64,000 nucleotides of DNA, taken from the IMG/VR virus record IMGVR_UViG_3300032050_000049, positions 30,621 through 94,620 of that record, one strand, 5' to 3'. This stretch comes from a virus (taxonomy: Duplodnaviria; Heunggongvirae; Uroviricota; Caudoviricetes). Positions 1 to 10,738 of the stretch are shown one piece after another. The position numbers and the translations under genes are program-made. Position 1 is the stretch's first letter. Each line of letters starts with the position of its first letter. The notes under the pieces were generated by a model. That model had not been told where the DNA came from. It worked only from the letters and a program-made list of their open reading frames with translations, and searched no databases.

Positions 1-809
1 CCAGCAGTTATGCTACAAATGCTTTGACTGCTAGTTATTCTTTAAAAAGTGGTAATGCTCTAAGAACGGGTAGTTTGTATCCAATTACTGCTAGTAGAGC
101 TGTTAGCAGCAGTTATTTACTTGGTGGAAGTCAAATATTAACTGAGGATAAAACAGTATCATTTAGTAGTTCATTTACTACTGCACAAATTCAAGCATTG
201 ATTGATGTGCAACCAAGAAATTTAGGTAACAAAACTTTAACATTTAAATTTGCTGATGGCAATTACAATTTATCCACAGGTTTGAGATTTTTTAATTTTT
301 CTAATGGATCGATTTATATAAGTGGAAATTCTTCAAATAACACAGTAGCGTTTGCTAAAAATGTAACACTAAGTGGATCGGTTCCTATTTATATTTCTAA
401 TAATTCTACATATACAGAAGTAAATTATTTAAGATTAGCAGTTAATACAAGTACGTATCAAACTGGATTGGTGATAGAAAATGGTAATGCAAATGTATAT
501 TATTGTTCGTTTACAAACCACCCAAGATCAGTTACAGTCGGCTCTGGAAATGGTGTAATGACTCAAGCTGGAGGAACTGCTTGGGTAAGATACTGTTATT
601 TTACTTCGATGGATAGATATATAGTTTCTTTATTCAACGGGATCATTACGGCTGATACAAATTCTCAAGGAACAAATTCAAATATTGCATATTTAGCATA
701 TGGGGGAATTATACAAGTACAAAATACAGGATTAACAGCGGTAACAACTTATTCAACTAGTGTAGGTGGTTTAATTGTAAGACCTAGTGGAACAACAATA
801 GGAACATAA
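1..809 (+). CDS. Fibre/adhesin protein, 5'-truncated by window edge; TASY and YPITAS motifs, then N/S/T-rich beta-helix-like region
   Basis: Open frame runs to position 1. Shares the 'TGSLYPITASRA..SSY' motif with the 4308 and 14242 proteins. Confidence 0.6.
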   Translation, partial: SSYATNALTASYSLKSGNALRTGSLYPITASRAVSSSYLLGGSQILTEDKTVSFSSSFTTAQIQALIDVQPRNLGNKTLTFKFADGNYNLSTGLRFFNFSNGSIYISGNSSNNTVAFAKNVTLSGSVPIYISNNSTYTEVNYLRLAVNTSTYQTGLVIENGNANVYYCSFTNHPRSVTVGSGNGVMTQAGGTAWVRYCYFTSMDRYIVSLFNGIITADTNSQGTNSNIAYLAYGGIIQVQNTGLTAVTTYSTSVGGLIVRPSGTTIGT

Positions 810-813
810 TTTT

Positions 814-1107
814 ATGATAGTACTATATAATGATATTACAGGTGATATTACACTCAAAGTGGTAGAAGGAACAGGTGATGCAGAACCAGGACCAGGACAT
901 TCTCGTATCATATTAAGTGATTGTGTGGGCAATGAAACAAATGTTAATCAAATTCCTAGTTTTGCATTAAGATTTTGTCAAGAAAATAGAAAAAAAGAAT
1001 ATCCTACTGTTAGTGAACAATTGGATTATATTTATCATAATGGAATTGACGCGTGGAAAACTAACATAATTGACCCAATAAAACAAAAGTATCCAAAGCC
1101 AAGTTAA
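814..1107 (+). CDS. Hypothetical small protein (97 aa) between fibre genes
   Basis: ORF tightly packed between fibre genes; no recognisable motifs. Confidence 0.4.
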   Translation: MIVLYNDITGDITLKVVEGTGDAEPGPGHSRIILSDCVGNETNVNQIPSFALRFCQENRKKEYPTVSEQLDYIYHNGIDAWKTNIIDPIKQKYPKPS

Positions 1108-1110
1108 TTT

Positions 1111-3909
1111 ATGCCATTACTAAAAATATTACCATCTTTAATATCTCAAGGATCTTTTACAGGATCTTTCAGTGGTACAGGCAGTTATGCTCGTAGAGCA
1201 TTAACTGCGAGTTATGTATTAGGCGGAGCAGCTGGTTCATCAGGCACAAGTGGCGCAAATGGTACAAGTGGTAGTAGCGGAAGTAGTGGTGCAAATGGTA
1301 CTAGTGGATCGTCTGGTACTAGTGCCACTGCTGGTAGTAGCGGCACAAGTGGTGTAGGTTCTCCAGGCACTAGTGGAACAGCAGGATCAAGTGGTACATC
1401 TGGTTCAAGTGGATCCAGTGGAAATAGTGGTACAAGCGGAAGCAGTGGTGCTACAGGCAGCAGTGGTACAAGTGGTGCTGGATCGCCAGGTAGTAGTGGT
1501 AGTAGTGGAACCAGTACCACTCCAGCTTTATCGTTGGGTCAAACTTATATAGGAAATGGTAGTACTACCACTTATGCTTTATCACAAAGTGTAGCTAATC
1601 GTGATCAAATATTGGTAAATGTAGATGGTGTGTTGCAAGGTAGAAGTGGTAATTATTATACTGTAAGTGGTACCACATTAACTTTAAGTTCCCCACCACA
1701 AAATGGTAGCATCATTGATATACGTTATATTAACGGCGGAAGTGGTATTGTCACAACAGGTAGCTTAGCTAAGCAAACCATATTATACAATGTAGTCTCA
1801 GGCAGTCAAAACACTATAACCGGCTTAAATTTGAACGGTAACAAGTGGGGTGTAGATATAAAAGAAGAGTGGGACGCTGTAATTATAGCTGGTGATCAAT
1901 ATTATAATAGTTGTAGTTTATTATTGCATTGTGATGGTACAAATGGAAGCACCACATTCACTGATAATAGCAAAAATGTTTTAATTGTTACATCGGTTAA
2001 TGGTACTGCAATTAGTACGGCGCAAAGTAAATTTGGTGGTGCTAGTGGATTATTTGATGGCACAAATGATTATCTTTCTATACCAGATAATGAATCCTTA
2101 GAACCAGGTACAAATAATTTGACTTGGGAGATGTGGATAAAAACTACAAGTAGTGTTCAATACGCTACTCTTTATTCTAGGACACCTTCTTCATTTGGCA
2201 GTGGTATGTGGTCGGTGATGATAAATCAGGCATCAAGCACTGCAGGTGATATTGCATTATATGTGGCTGATTATTCAGGTGTTGCACCTCTGTTATTAAC
2301 AACGGGTGTAAGTATTAGAGACAATGCATGGCATCATATTGCTATAGTAAGAAATGGTAGTGCGTGGGTGTGCTATGTTGATGGAACATCTCGTGCGACA
2401 GGCACTTTTAGTGGTAACATCGGTAATCTTAGTTCTGGTCCCAGAATAGGGGCGGACGAATTTTATGGTAGATATTTCAATGGTTATATAGATGAATTGA
2501 GAGTTACTAAAGGTATAGCTAGATATACTAGTAATTTTACACCACAAACATCGGAATTTCCAAATAATGCTAGTATAACGCAATATGCAACCAAATATGT
2601 AGGTTTGATTGGTGGTTTGAATGATAAAAGTGTAGATTATGGTGTGCAGAAGTTGAGTGATAGTTCGCTTAAAGTGGTAAAGATGAGTCAAACTACATCG
2701 CCATTTCCAAGTGGATCATTGAGTTCATCTGTGGACAGAGTGTATGTGAACGTATTGGATTATAGCAAAGTATATGTAACCAGCAGTTATTCGTTAAATT
2801 CAATTAATTCATTAGATATACCCAAAATAAAGTCAATTATATATACAAACAGTAGTTATACCCCAACCACAGCATCAGCTATAGATTTATTCAAACCCAA
2901 TACCAGTTACATTACTATATCAGGTAGTAATTTTAAGCCCAGTGCATCTATATTTATAGATAATACGTCTGGATCAGTGGTTACATATGTGAATAGCAAC
3001 AAACTTAATGTGAATGTAATTTCAAAAAATGAAGGTACTTATCCAATATATTTGATGAATACTGATGGTGCATCTGCATTTAAAATAAACGCTATAACAT
3101 ATATTACCAGCCAAGACCAATTTCAATATTTGGTTTTAGCAGGTGGAGGCGGCGGTGGACTTGCACACGCTGGTGGCGGAGGTGCGGGTGGTTTTCGTAC
3201 TGGATCTTTAGGTTTGAATCGATCTGTACCATACACTGTTTCAGTTGGATCAGGAGGATCTAGCTCACCATCTAGATCCGTAAATGGAACCAATGGAGGC
3301 AACAGTGTATTTGCATCAATTACATCGATAGGTGGTGGCGGAGGAGGATCTGAATACAAACCGGCTAACCCAGGCGGTTCAGGTGGAGGTGGTGCAACCC
3401 AGGGTGCAGGTGGATCTGGAACTGTGTCACAAGGTAATAATGGTGGAGCTGGTAGTCCTACTAGTCCGCCATATGCTGGTGGTGGTGGTGGTGGTGCTGG
3501 TGCTATTGGCGGAAGTTATACTCCTGGTTCAGGAGGTAATGGTGGAAATGGACTTATATCTAATATTTCAAGCACTCCAATATATTATGCTGGCGGCGGA
3601 GGCGGCGGTGTATATGGTGGACAAGGTGGTGTCACCAATCGCGGAACAGGTGGTCTAGGCGGAGGTGGAAATGGTAACTATGGAAATGGAAACGGATCTG
3701 CGGGCGAGGCGGCGCGTGGAGGAGGTGGCGGAGGTGGTGGATATCCAAATGAAAGTGCATATAATGGTGGATCAGGTATTGTAATTGTAAAATATTTATC
3801 TAGTAGAACTTTAACAATTGGGGTGGGTTTGACCTCATCGACTGTTATTACTGGGAGTTATAAAATTACTACGTTTACAGCTGGTTCAGACACAATAACA
3901 ATTTCTTAA
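1111..3909 (+). CDS. Modular fibre protein (932 aa): conserved N-terminal module, collagen-like Gly-X-Y run, LamG domain, C-terminal Gly-rich solenoid-like domain
   Basis: Gly-X-Y run of about 90 aa. 'FDGTNDYLS...YIDELRVTKGIARYTSNFTP' matches the LamG_3 signature. The C-terminus has GGGGGG blocks ending 'GGSGIVIVKY'. Confidence 0.75.
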   Translation: MPLLKILPSLISQGSFTGSFSGTGSYARRALTASYVLGGAAGSSGTSGANGTSGSSGSSGANGTSGSSGTSATAGSSGTSGVGSPGTSGTAGSSGTSGSSGSSGNSGTSGSSGATGSSGTSGAGSPGSSGSSGTSTTPALSLGQTYIGNGSTTTYALSQSVANRDQILVNVDGVLQGRSGNYYTVSGTTLTLSSPPQNGSIIDIRYINGGSGIVTTGSLAKQTILYNVVSGSQNTITGLNLNGNKWGVDIKEEWDAVIIAGDQYYNSCSLLLHCDGTNGSTTFTDNSKNVLIVTSVNGTAISTAQSKFGGASGLFDGTNDYLSIPDNESLEPGTNNLTWEMWIKTTSSVQYATLYSRTPSSFGSGMWSVMINQASSTAGDIALYVADYSGVAPLLLTTGVSIRDNAWHHIAIVRNGSAWVCYVDGTSRATGTFSGNIGNLSSGPRIGADEFYGRYFNGYIDELRVTKGIARYTSNFTPQTSEFPNNASITQYATKYVGLIGGLNDKSVDYGVQKLSDSSLKVVKMSQTTSPFPSGSLSSSVDRVYVNVLDYSKVYVTSSYSLNSINSLDIPKIKSIIYTNSSYTPTTASAIDLFKPNTSYITISGSNFKPSASIFIDNTSGSVVTYVNSNKLNVNVISKNEGTYPIYLMNTDGASAFKINAITYITSQDQFQYLVLAGGGGGGLAHAGGGGAGGFRTGSLGLNRSVPYTVSVGSGGSSSPSRSVNGTNGGNSVFASITSIGGGGGGSEYKPANPGGSGGGGATQGAGGSGTVSQGNNGGAGSPTSPPYAGGGGGGAGAIGGSYTPGSGGNGGNGLISNISSTPIYYAGGGGGGVYGGQGGVTNRGTGGLGGGGNGNYGNGNGSAGEAARGGGGGGGGYPNESAYNGGSGIVIVKYLSSRTLTIGVGLTSSTVITGSYKITTFTAGSDTITIS
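1249..1519 (+). repeat. Collagen-like Gly-X-Y coding repeat (GSSGTSGANG...)
   Basis: Glycine at every third residue across about 90 aa; 9-nt periodic ggnagyggn DNA. Confidence 0.8.
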
Positions 3910-3913
3910 AAAT

Positions 3914-4306
3914 ATGGCACATTACGCATTTTTAAATGAAGATTATGTAGTTACCGAAGTGATTGTCGGTAAAGACGAAAGACTTTTTGATTGGGAACAT
4001 TATTATACAATTAAAAAGGGACAGATATGTAAACGAACTAGTTATAATACTAAAGGGGGTATATATTATAATTCAATAACAAATTTACCAGATATCGATC
4101 AATCTAAATCATTTAGAAAAAATTTTGCTGGAATTGGATTTAAATATGATATGAACTTAGATGCATTCATACCACCACAACCATATCCAAGTTGGATATT
4201 AAATGAACAAATCTGTAACTGGGAGTCACCAATACCATATCCAACTGACGGACAATTTTATAATTGGGATGAAACAACACAATCTTGGATTTTAATTTCG
4301 GAATAA
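3914..4306 (+). CDS. Hypothetical protein (130 aa), possible fibre-assembly accessory
   Basis: Sits between two paralogous fibre genes. Confidence 0.4.
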   Translation: MAHYAFLNEDYVVTEVIVGKDERLFDWEHYYTIKKGQICKRTSYNTKGGIYYNSITNLPDIDQSKSFRKNFAGIGFKYDMNLDAFIPPQPYPSWILNEQICNWESPIPYPTDGQFYNWDETTQSWILISE

Positions 4307-4307
4307 T

Positions 4308-7300
4308 ATGTCATTACTTAAAATACGACCATATCTAATTAATTCAGGTTCATTCACAGGATCTTTCAGTGGTACAGGCAGTTATGCTCGTAGAGCACTA
4401 ACAGCTAGTTATGTATTGGGAGGCGCAGCTGGATCCAGTGGCACAAGTGGCGCAAATGGTAGTAGCGGTACATCAGGCAATAGTGGCACAAGTGGAACAA
4501 GTGCTACTGCTGGTAGTAGTGGTACAAGCGGAGTTGGTTCGCCAGGCACAAGTGGCACGGCAGGATCCAGTGGTACAAGCAGTACCGCAACGGTGCAAAC
4601 AGGCAGTATCGCGAAACAAACACTTTGGACCAATGTAACCTCAGGTAGCACAAACACCATAACTGGACTAAGCTTAAGTAGCAACAAGTGGGATGTAAGT
4701 GTGGTGGAAGAATGGGATGCTGCGACATTGGATCAATATTATAACAGTTCTAGCTTATTGTGCCACTTTGATAGTTTGAATCCTGCGGGAAGATTTATTG
4801 ATAGTAGCAGAAACAATTTTACGATTACTTCTAACGGTGATTCTAGATTAAGCACTTCACAATATAAATTTGGAGGAGCAAGTGCATATTTTGATGGCAC
4901 GGCTGATAATCTTTTAATTAACTATAATAACGCATTTAATTTATCGGGTGATTTTACAATTGAAGTTTGGTTTTATCCGATTACTTTAAATGGTGGAATG
5001 ATTTTAAATTTTGCAGGTGGATTGAATATAGCTTGGGCAAGTTACGAACTGGTTAATAACACAGATGGTATTAATTTCGCCGGTAGTTCTGCGAATAATG
5101 GATATGATATTGGTTCTGAAACAGGTGCTACTGGAAGAATAGGAACGGTTAGTGTAAATACTTGGAATCATATAGCAGTTACTAGACAAGGAAATGTATA
5201 TAGAGGATATATTAACGGTGTTCAAGGTTACACACAAACTTTGGCACTTACTCCATATAATCCAAACGCGAGAGGATTAGCAATAGGTAGTAATTATGCT
5301 ACTACTTGGGGTGTTACACCAGCAACTGTTTTAAATGGTTATTTAGACGAATTAAGAATTACCAAAGGTGTAGCTAGATATACTGCTAATTTTACCCCAT
5401 CTAATGCACCATTTCCAAATTCAAGAAATCAAGTGCTTACAAAGTATGTAGGTTTGGTTGGTGGTATTGATGACAAGTATGTGGATTATGGAGTGCAAAA
5501 GTTGAGTGATAGTTCGCTTAAATTGACACGATTAACTTATCCAAATCAACCTATAGTTGGTAGTGGGTCTTTAAGTGGTAGTGTGAATAGGGTATATGTA
5601 AATGTGCTTGATTATACAAAGGTTAGTGTAACGAGCAGTTATTCATTATTATCTAAGACTGCTAGTTATGCTTTAAATGCTTCTGGTGGGGGTGGTAGTA
5701 CATTAAGAACAGGTAGTTTGTATCCTATAACTGCTAGTTGGTCACGTAGAGCTATTACGGCTAGTTATGCGTTGAATGGTGGTACTGCTCTTGTAAATCA
5801 AACATTGAATTATGTGAGTGGTAGTAATTTATATACTTTAAGCAGAAGCGTAGTTTCCCCCAGTGATGTGTTGTTGAGTGTAAATGGTATTATACAAACA
5901 CCCATAACAGATTATACTGTAAGTGCTAGTAAAGTTACATTTACAGAAAGTTATCCTTCGGGTAGTAAAATTAATGCTAGATATTTGGTAACTGCTACAA
6001 ATAGTAGTGATGTTAATTTAGCCAATATAGTATTGACAGGCACAACAACAGGTGATGCTTATTATCCACAAGTTGCTGCATTGTTACACTTTGATGGTGT
6101 AAATGGTAGTACCACTATAACAGACAATAGCAAAAATAACTTAACTGTTACTTCAGTTAATGGCACTGCCATAAGCACTGCGCAAAGTAAATTTGGTGGT
6201 GCAAGTGTATTGTTTGACGGTACGAACGATTATCTTTCTATAGCAAGCAATTCAGTATTTGACTTACTTGGAGATTATACGATTGAATTTTGGGCATATA
6301 GTTCAAATTTTGCAGCCGGTAATATGGGATATTTACACAGAGGATTTTATACTACGGGTACAGCCACTTGGTCAGGACTATCATTTTCAATTAGAGGACT
6401 TAGCACATTAATAAGATTTTATTTTTATGCAACTACATCTGCGAATGAACAAAAAATAGATGTATCTCTTCCATCTAATAATGCATGGCATCATTTTGCA
6501 ATGGTAAAATCAGGTACAACTGGTACAGTTTATGTAGATGGAACATTAGCAGGAACAATTACTTCATTAAATACACCTGCGGCTAGTTCACAAACTTTGA
6601 GAATAGGAGTATGGGATTATAGTGCTGCATCAGAATATTTTAACGGTTATATAGATGAATTGCGAATAACGAATGGGTATGCAAGATATACCGGTAATTT
6701 TACGCCATCTACCACTGCATTTTCTAATACTGGTGGTGATGTAGGTAAATCGTTGGTAGTAAATAGTACTGCTACAGGTGTTAGTATTGGTACCGCTGGT
6801 TTTAATTTAAATTCTAGCAATATTAATCGTATTATTAATGGTGCTATGGCAGTTGACCAAAGAAATGCTGGTGCAGCACAAACAATTACTGCTGCGGCTG
6901 CATTAGCTTATACAGTGGATAGATGGTATGCATATTGTACTGGGGCTAATGTTACTGGACAAAGAATCACTGGTTCGGCTAATAATCAATTTGCTTATAG
7001 ATTTACAGGTGCGGCTAGTGTTACTGCTATTGGATTTGGACAAAGAATAGAAGCGGCTAATAGTATTGATTTGGCAGGATCTACTGCAACACTTGGTGTA
7101 GATTTGGCTAATAGTGTATTGACTAGTGTAACTTGGACGGCTTATTATGCTAATACTTCGGATACATTTGGTACATTGGCAAGTCCAACTAGAACACAAA
7201 TATCGACGGGTACATTTACTGTAACTAGTACATTGACTAGATATAGCGCACAAATATTTATTCCATCAGCGGCTATTACAGGTCTTGAAATTGTATTTAG

Positions 7301-7724
7301 TGTTGGTGCTCAAACATCTGGTACTTGGACTATAGACAATGTTCAATTAGAAGCAGGTCCATTAGCAACACCATTTGAAAGACGCATGATTGGACAAGAA
7401 TTAATATTGTGTCAAAGATATTTTGCATCTATTAATGGAGCTATAGGTGCAGGTAGCGAATTAAATACATCAGCTGCATATATAAAACTACCATTGTCTG
7501 TTACGATGCGAGCAGATAATCAAACCGTCACATTATCAACAGGAAATTCTATATCAGTTGATTTATTTGGTACCGGTACATCAACTACTTCTACCAGCAA
7601 TGTAACTATCACTGCGAATCGAGCCGGTATACTTTTTAATATTAACAGTTTATCACCATCACAAGGAGCAACTGGTGTACCCGCAACAATTTTAGGAACT
7701 GTTTCGGTTTCATCCGAATTATAA
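4308..7724 (+). CDS. Modular fibre protein (1138 aa) with collagen-like run and two LamG domains
   Basis: N-terminus is near-identical to the 1111 gene. Two 'FDGT.D.L...Y[IL]DELRITKG.ARYT.NFTP' LamG signatures. Carries one YPITAS/TASYALN motif. Confidence 0.75.
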   Translation: MSLLKIRPYLINSGSFTGSFSGTGSYARRALTASYVLGGAAGSSGTSGANGSSGTSGNSGTSGTSATAGSSGTSGVGSPGTSGTAGSSGTSSTATVQTGSIAKQTLWTNVTSGSTNTITGLSLSSNKWDVSVVEEWDAATLDQYYNSSSLLCHFDSLNPAGRFIDSSRNNFTITSNGDSRLSTSQYKFGGASAYFDGTADNLLINYNNAFNLSGDFTIEVWFYPITLNGGMILNFAGGLNIAWASYELVNNTDGINFAGSSANNGYDIGSETGATGRIGTVSVNTWNHIAVTRQGNVYRGYINGVQGYTQTLALTPYNPNARGLAIGSNYATTWGVTPATVLNGYLDELRITKGVARYTANFTPSNAPFPNSRNQVLTKYVGLVGGIDDKYVDYGVQKLSDSSLKLTRLTYPNQPIVGSGSLSGSVNRVYVNVLDYTKVSVTSSYSLLSKTASYALNASGGGGSTLRTGSLYPITASWSRRAITASYALNGGTALVNQTLNYVSGSNLYTLSRSVVSPSDVLLSVNGIIQTPITDYTVSASKVTFTESYPSGSKINARYLVTATNSSDVNLANIVLTGTTTGDAYYPQVAALLHFDGVNGSTTITDNSKNNLTVTSVNGTAISTAQSKFGGASVLFDGTNDYLSIASNSVFDLLGDYTIEFWAYSSNFAAGNMGYLHRGFYTTGTATWSGLSFSIRGLSTLIRFYFYATTSANEQKIDVSLPSNNAWHHFAMVKSGTTGTVYVDGTLAGTITSLNTPAASSQTLRIGVWDYSAASEYFNGYIDELRITNGYARYTGNFTPSTTAFSNTGGDVGKSLVVNSTATGVSIGTAGFNLNSSNINRIINGAMAVDQRNAGAAQTITAAAALAYTVDRWYAYCTGANVTGQRITGSANNQFAYRFTGAASVTAIGFGQRIEAANSIDLAGSTATLGVDLANSVLTSVTWTAYYANTSDTFGTLASPTRTQISTGTFTVTSTLTRYSAQIFIPSAAITGLEIVFSVGAQTSGTWTIDNVQLEAGPLATPFERRMIGQELILCQRYFASINGAIGAGSELNTSAAYIKLPLSVTMRADNQTVTLSTGNSISVDLFGTGTSTTSTSNVTITANRAGILFNINSLSPSQGATGVPATILGTVSVSSEL
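4437..4593 (+). repeat. Collagen-like Gly-X-Y coding repeat
   Basis: Same GSSGTSG periodicity. Confidence 0.8.
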
Positions 7725-7730
7725 AATTTT

Positions 7731-8828
7731 ATGGCAACCAAACCTTTTTTATCACAAATCGCAGTACCTGTTGGAACAACAACAGGTGATGTTTATTATC
7801 CACAAACCAGCTTATTGATGCATTTTAATGGTACAAATGGTAGTACCACTATGACAGATAATAGCAAAAATAACTTAACTGTTACTTCAGTTAATGGCGC
7901 TGCCATAAGTACTGCACAAAGCAAATTCGGCGGCAGTAGCGTATTATTTGACGGTACAAATGATTATTTAACTACTAATACAAATGCTAATTTAGCACTA
8001 GAAAGTGCAAATTTTACAATTGAGGGTTGGTTTTATTTTATTGACGGCACGGCTAATTCACTTCGTCCTGTTTTAGGTAATTATTCGTTATTTTCGTCTA
8101 ATAGTATTTATTTTGGAAAACACACATCTTATGGTGGTAAAATGGCACTTTGGATTGGTAACTATTCTGCCAACAATGCATTGTTGGCAGATCCAACTGA
8201 TCTTACAAATAATCAATGGATACATTTTGCTATAGTGAGAAATGGTTCAAATTGGACAATGTATAGAGATGGGGTAAGTGTTACAACTGTTACGTATAGT
8301 GGTGTAACAAGTACAACAAATTTCTTTTATATAGGAGCTAGTGGTGATGGATATTATTTTAATGGTTATATAGATGAATTAAGAATTACCAAAGGTATTG
8401 CAAGATATACCAGTAATTTTACGCCATCTACCACGCAATTTTTAGATAGTGCGGGTGATGCAAATAGTAGTGTAGTGGTTAATAGTACTGCAACAGGATT
8501 TGCAATAGGAACAGGTGGTATAAATGGCGCACAATTAGCAAAAGCTTGGGTCAACTTTAATGGAACAGGTACTGTAGCTATAAGAGATAGTTATAATGTA
8601 AGTAGCATAACAGATTTAGGGGTGGGTGAATATACAGTTAATTTTAGTACCGCATTAAATAATACAAATTATTGTGCTGTGGGGTCTTCTAGAATTGTTG
8701 TTGGGTCTAGAACTAGTGTAATCGGATTTACAAATTATACAACTACAAGTGTAAGAATCGGTGTAATTAATTTAACAAATAGTGTTCAAGATGAAGATAC
8801 TAACTGTGTATCTATATTTAGCAATTGA
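7731..8828 (+). CDS. LamG-domain structural protein (365 aa)
   Basis: LamG signature 'LFDGTNDYLT...YIDELRITKGIARYTSNFTP'. The 'VVNSTATG' C-terminal module is shared with the 4308 protein. Confidence 0.7.
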   Translation: MATKPFLSQIAVPVGTTTGDVYYPQTSLLMHFNGTNGSTTMTDNSKNNLTVTSVNGAAISTAQSKFGGSSVLFDGTNDYLTTNTNANLALESANFTIEGWFYFIDGTANSLRPVLGNYSLFSSNSIYFGKHTSYGGKMALWIGNYSANNALLADPTDLTNNQWIHFAIVRNGSNWTMYRDGVSVTTVTYSGVTSTTNFFYIGASGDGYYFNGYIDELRITKGIARYTSNFTPSTTQFLDSAGDANSSVVVNSTATGFAIGTGGINGAQLAKAWVNFNGTGTVAIRDSYNVSSITDLGVGEYTVNFSTALNNTNYCAVGSSRIVVGSRTSVIGFTNYTTTSVRIGVINLTNSVQDEDTNCVSIFSN

Positions 8829-9073
8829 AATTAACTATATATAAGAGTATGAGTGAAAAACGAATAATATACCCAACGGAAAATGGTGGAGTTGCTATAA
8901 TAATTCCATCCATAAGTGCAAAAAATTCCAATGAAACTTATGATGAATTTATTGAACGAATTGCTGCAAAAGATGTACCCGCAGCAACATCATATAAAAT
9001 TGTGCCGGTAGAAGATATACCAACAGATAGAACATTCAGAAACGCCTGGGAATATCCAACAGATACACTATAA
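8825..9073 (+). CDS. Hypothetical protein (82 aa; ATG at 8849 is a likely alternative start)
   Basis: ORF; no motif. Confidence 0.4.
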   Translation: MKLTIYKSMSEKRIIYPTENGGVAIIIPSISAKNSNETYDEFIERIAAKDVPAATSYKIVPVEDIPTDRTFRNAWEYPTDTL

Positions 9074-9077
9074 TTTT

Positions 9078-9326
9078 ATGATAACCATAAACCTTGATAA
9101 AGCCAAAGAAATACAAAAAAATAGATGGAGAACCGCAAGAAAACCTATCTTAGAAAAATTAGATACACAATTTATGCGTGCTGTTGAAACCGGAGACACA
9201 GCCAAACAACAACAAATCGCAACACAAAAACAAGCACTAAGAGATGTTACAACCACCGATTTATCATCCGTAACTACCCCAGACCAATTAAAAACAATTT
9301 GGCCAAGTATATTAAACGAATCATAA
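9078..9326 (+). CDS. Hypothetical protein (82 aa)
   Basis: ORF; charged, Q-rich. Confidence 0.4.
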   Translation: MITINLDKAKEIQKNRWRTARKPILEKLDTQFMRAVETGDTAKQQQIATQKQALRDVTTTDLSSVTTPDQLKTIWPSILNES

Positions 9327-9329
9327 TTT

Positions 9330-10013
9330 ATGTACTATAGCCCACGAATAGTCACAAGCGGTTTGGTATTGGCACTAGATGCAGCTGAACGTCTTAGCTA
9401 TCCTCGCACAGGCACAACGTGGCGTGATTTAAGCGGTAATAGTAACAATGGCACATTAACCAATGGTCCTACTTTTAGCGCGGGTAATATGGGTAGTATA
9501 GTTTTCGATGGTGTGGATGATTATGTTAATATGGGCACAAGCACTTATTGTAATCTTATTAATATAAGTGTTTCTGTTTGGGTAAGAGTCACTAGTGCAA
9601 GTGGATATTTTTTGGGTAGATATAATAACATTACTGCTTTTAATGGGTTTATTATGTATTATGATGTAGCATCAACTAAATTTGGTGTTGGTGGTAGAGA
9701 ATCGAGCGCCACATATTTAAATAGTGCAACGATAAATACATATCCGTTAAATAACTGGTATAATTTTACCTGGACAAAATCCGCAAATGTTTGGTCGCTT
9801 TATGTTAATGGTTCTTTAGATGTATCATCTGCACTTGGAAATGGAACCACACCATATTCAAATAATACTATGTGGCTTGGCGCAAATAATGAAGGCGGTA
9901 CCCAATATTATTCCGGTGGAAATTTATCTAATGTTTTTATATACAACAGAACAATAACTGCCGTTGAAGTATTGCAAAATTATAACGCAACTAAAAGTAG
10001 ATTTGGTAGATAA
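9330..10013 (+). CDS. LamG/concanavalin A-like lectin-domain protein, tandem paralog 1
   Basis: 'LDAAE..SYP..GT.WRDLSGN.NNGTLTNGPTFS..N.GSIVFDG.DDY' and the C-terminal 'IYNR.ITA.E.LQNYNATK.RFG' signature. Confidence 0.7.
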   Translation: MYYSPRIVTSGLVLALDAAERLSYPRTGTTWRDLSGNSNNGTLTNGPTFSAGNMGSIVFDGVDDYVNMGTSTYCNLINISVSVWVRVTSASGYFLGRYNNITAFNGFIMYYDVASTKFGVGGRESSATYLNSATINTYPLNNWYNFTWTKSANVWSLYVNGSLDVSSALGNGTTPYSNNTMWLGANNEGGTQYYSGGNLSNVFIYNRTITAVEVLQNYNATKSRFGR

Positions 10014-10024
10014 TTATAGTATAT

Positions 10025-10729
10025 ATGTCTGGTATATCAGGACCCAAAATAATTACAAGTGGATGTGTTTTATCACTAGATGCAGCTGATAAAAACAGTT
10101 ATCCTGGTAGCGGCACAGCTTGGCGAGATTTGAGTGGTAATGGAAAAAATCTCACATTAACAAACGGTCCTACATTTAGTGCTGGTAATCAAGGTAGTAT
10201 AGTTTTTGATGGTACAAATGATTATGCGGTTTTGAATCCAGTATCTGCATTTAATATATACTGTATTAGTATGTGGTTTAAACCAACAACAATAATTAAT
10301 TCTACATCGGCTTATAAACCTTTAATTCATTTCAAAAGTAGTACTGCTAAATATATAAGTTTTGGCGATACAACAAACCGTGTTGCGAATGAATATATTA
10401 CTATTGTACAAGAACCAGGTGACAGAAGAACGGCTGTTAACGATGGAGGGTCTTTATCTGCTGGTGTCTGGTATAATGTTGTTTTTAACTACGAAAGTTC
10501 TAAATACAATATTTATATAAATAATACATTAAAAAGTACAACTATTGGTTCTTCTTTAGGTGATGTCCCATTAATAACAGATCCAGATTTTATATATTTA
10601 AATTCTTATGAAGGAGTTTCTGGATATTTAGATAGTTCATTATCTATATGTACGATTTATAACAGAACATTAACCGCATCTGAATTATTACAAAATTATA
10701 ACGCAGTTAAAAATAGATTTGGATTATAA
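10025..10729 (+). CDS. LamG lectin-domain protein, tandem paralog 2
   Basis: Same conserved N- and C-terminal framework; divergent middle. Confidence 0.7.
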   Translation: MSGISGPKIITSGCVLSLDAADKNSYPGSGTAWRDLSGNGKNLTLTNGPTFSAGNQGSIVFDGTNDYAVLNPVSAFNIYCISMWFKPTTIINSTSAYKPLIHFKSSTAKYISFGDTTNRVANEYITIVQEPGDRRTAVNDGGSLSAGVWYNVVFNYESSKYNIYINNTLKSTTIGSSLGDVPLITDPDFIYLNSYEGVSGYLDSSLSICTIYNRTLTASELLQNYNAVKNRFGL

Positions 10730-10738
10730 TTATAGTAT

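Noticed and set aside
1212-1520. Minus-strand ORFs antisense to collagen-like or Gly-rich coding runs. They also occur at 4409-4687, 15882-16424, 16950-17360, 21232-21618, 22474-22905, 23565-23927, 24791-25081 and 25910-26259.
   Set aside because: These are Pro/Leu/Val-rich low-complexity translations of the reverse frames of GGN or AGY repeats. They have no starts with regulatory context and lie fully inside well-supported long genes.
3120-3780. Gly-rich domains as RTX-type calcium-binding beta-roll repeats
   Set aside because: The repeats lack the obligatory Asp of GGXGXDXUX and are instead GGGGSGGG or NGG-rich. A glycine-rich solenoid is more plausible.
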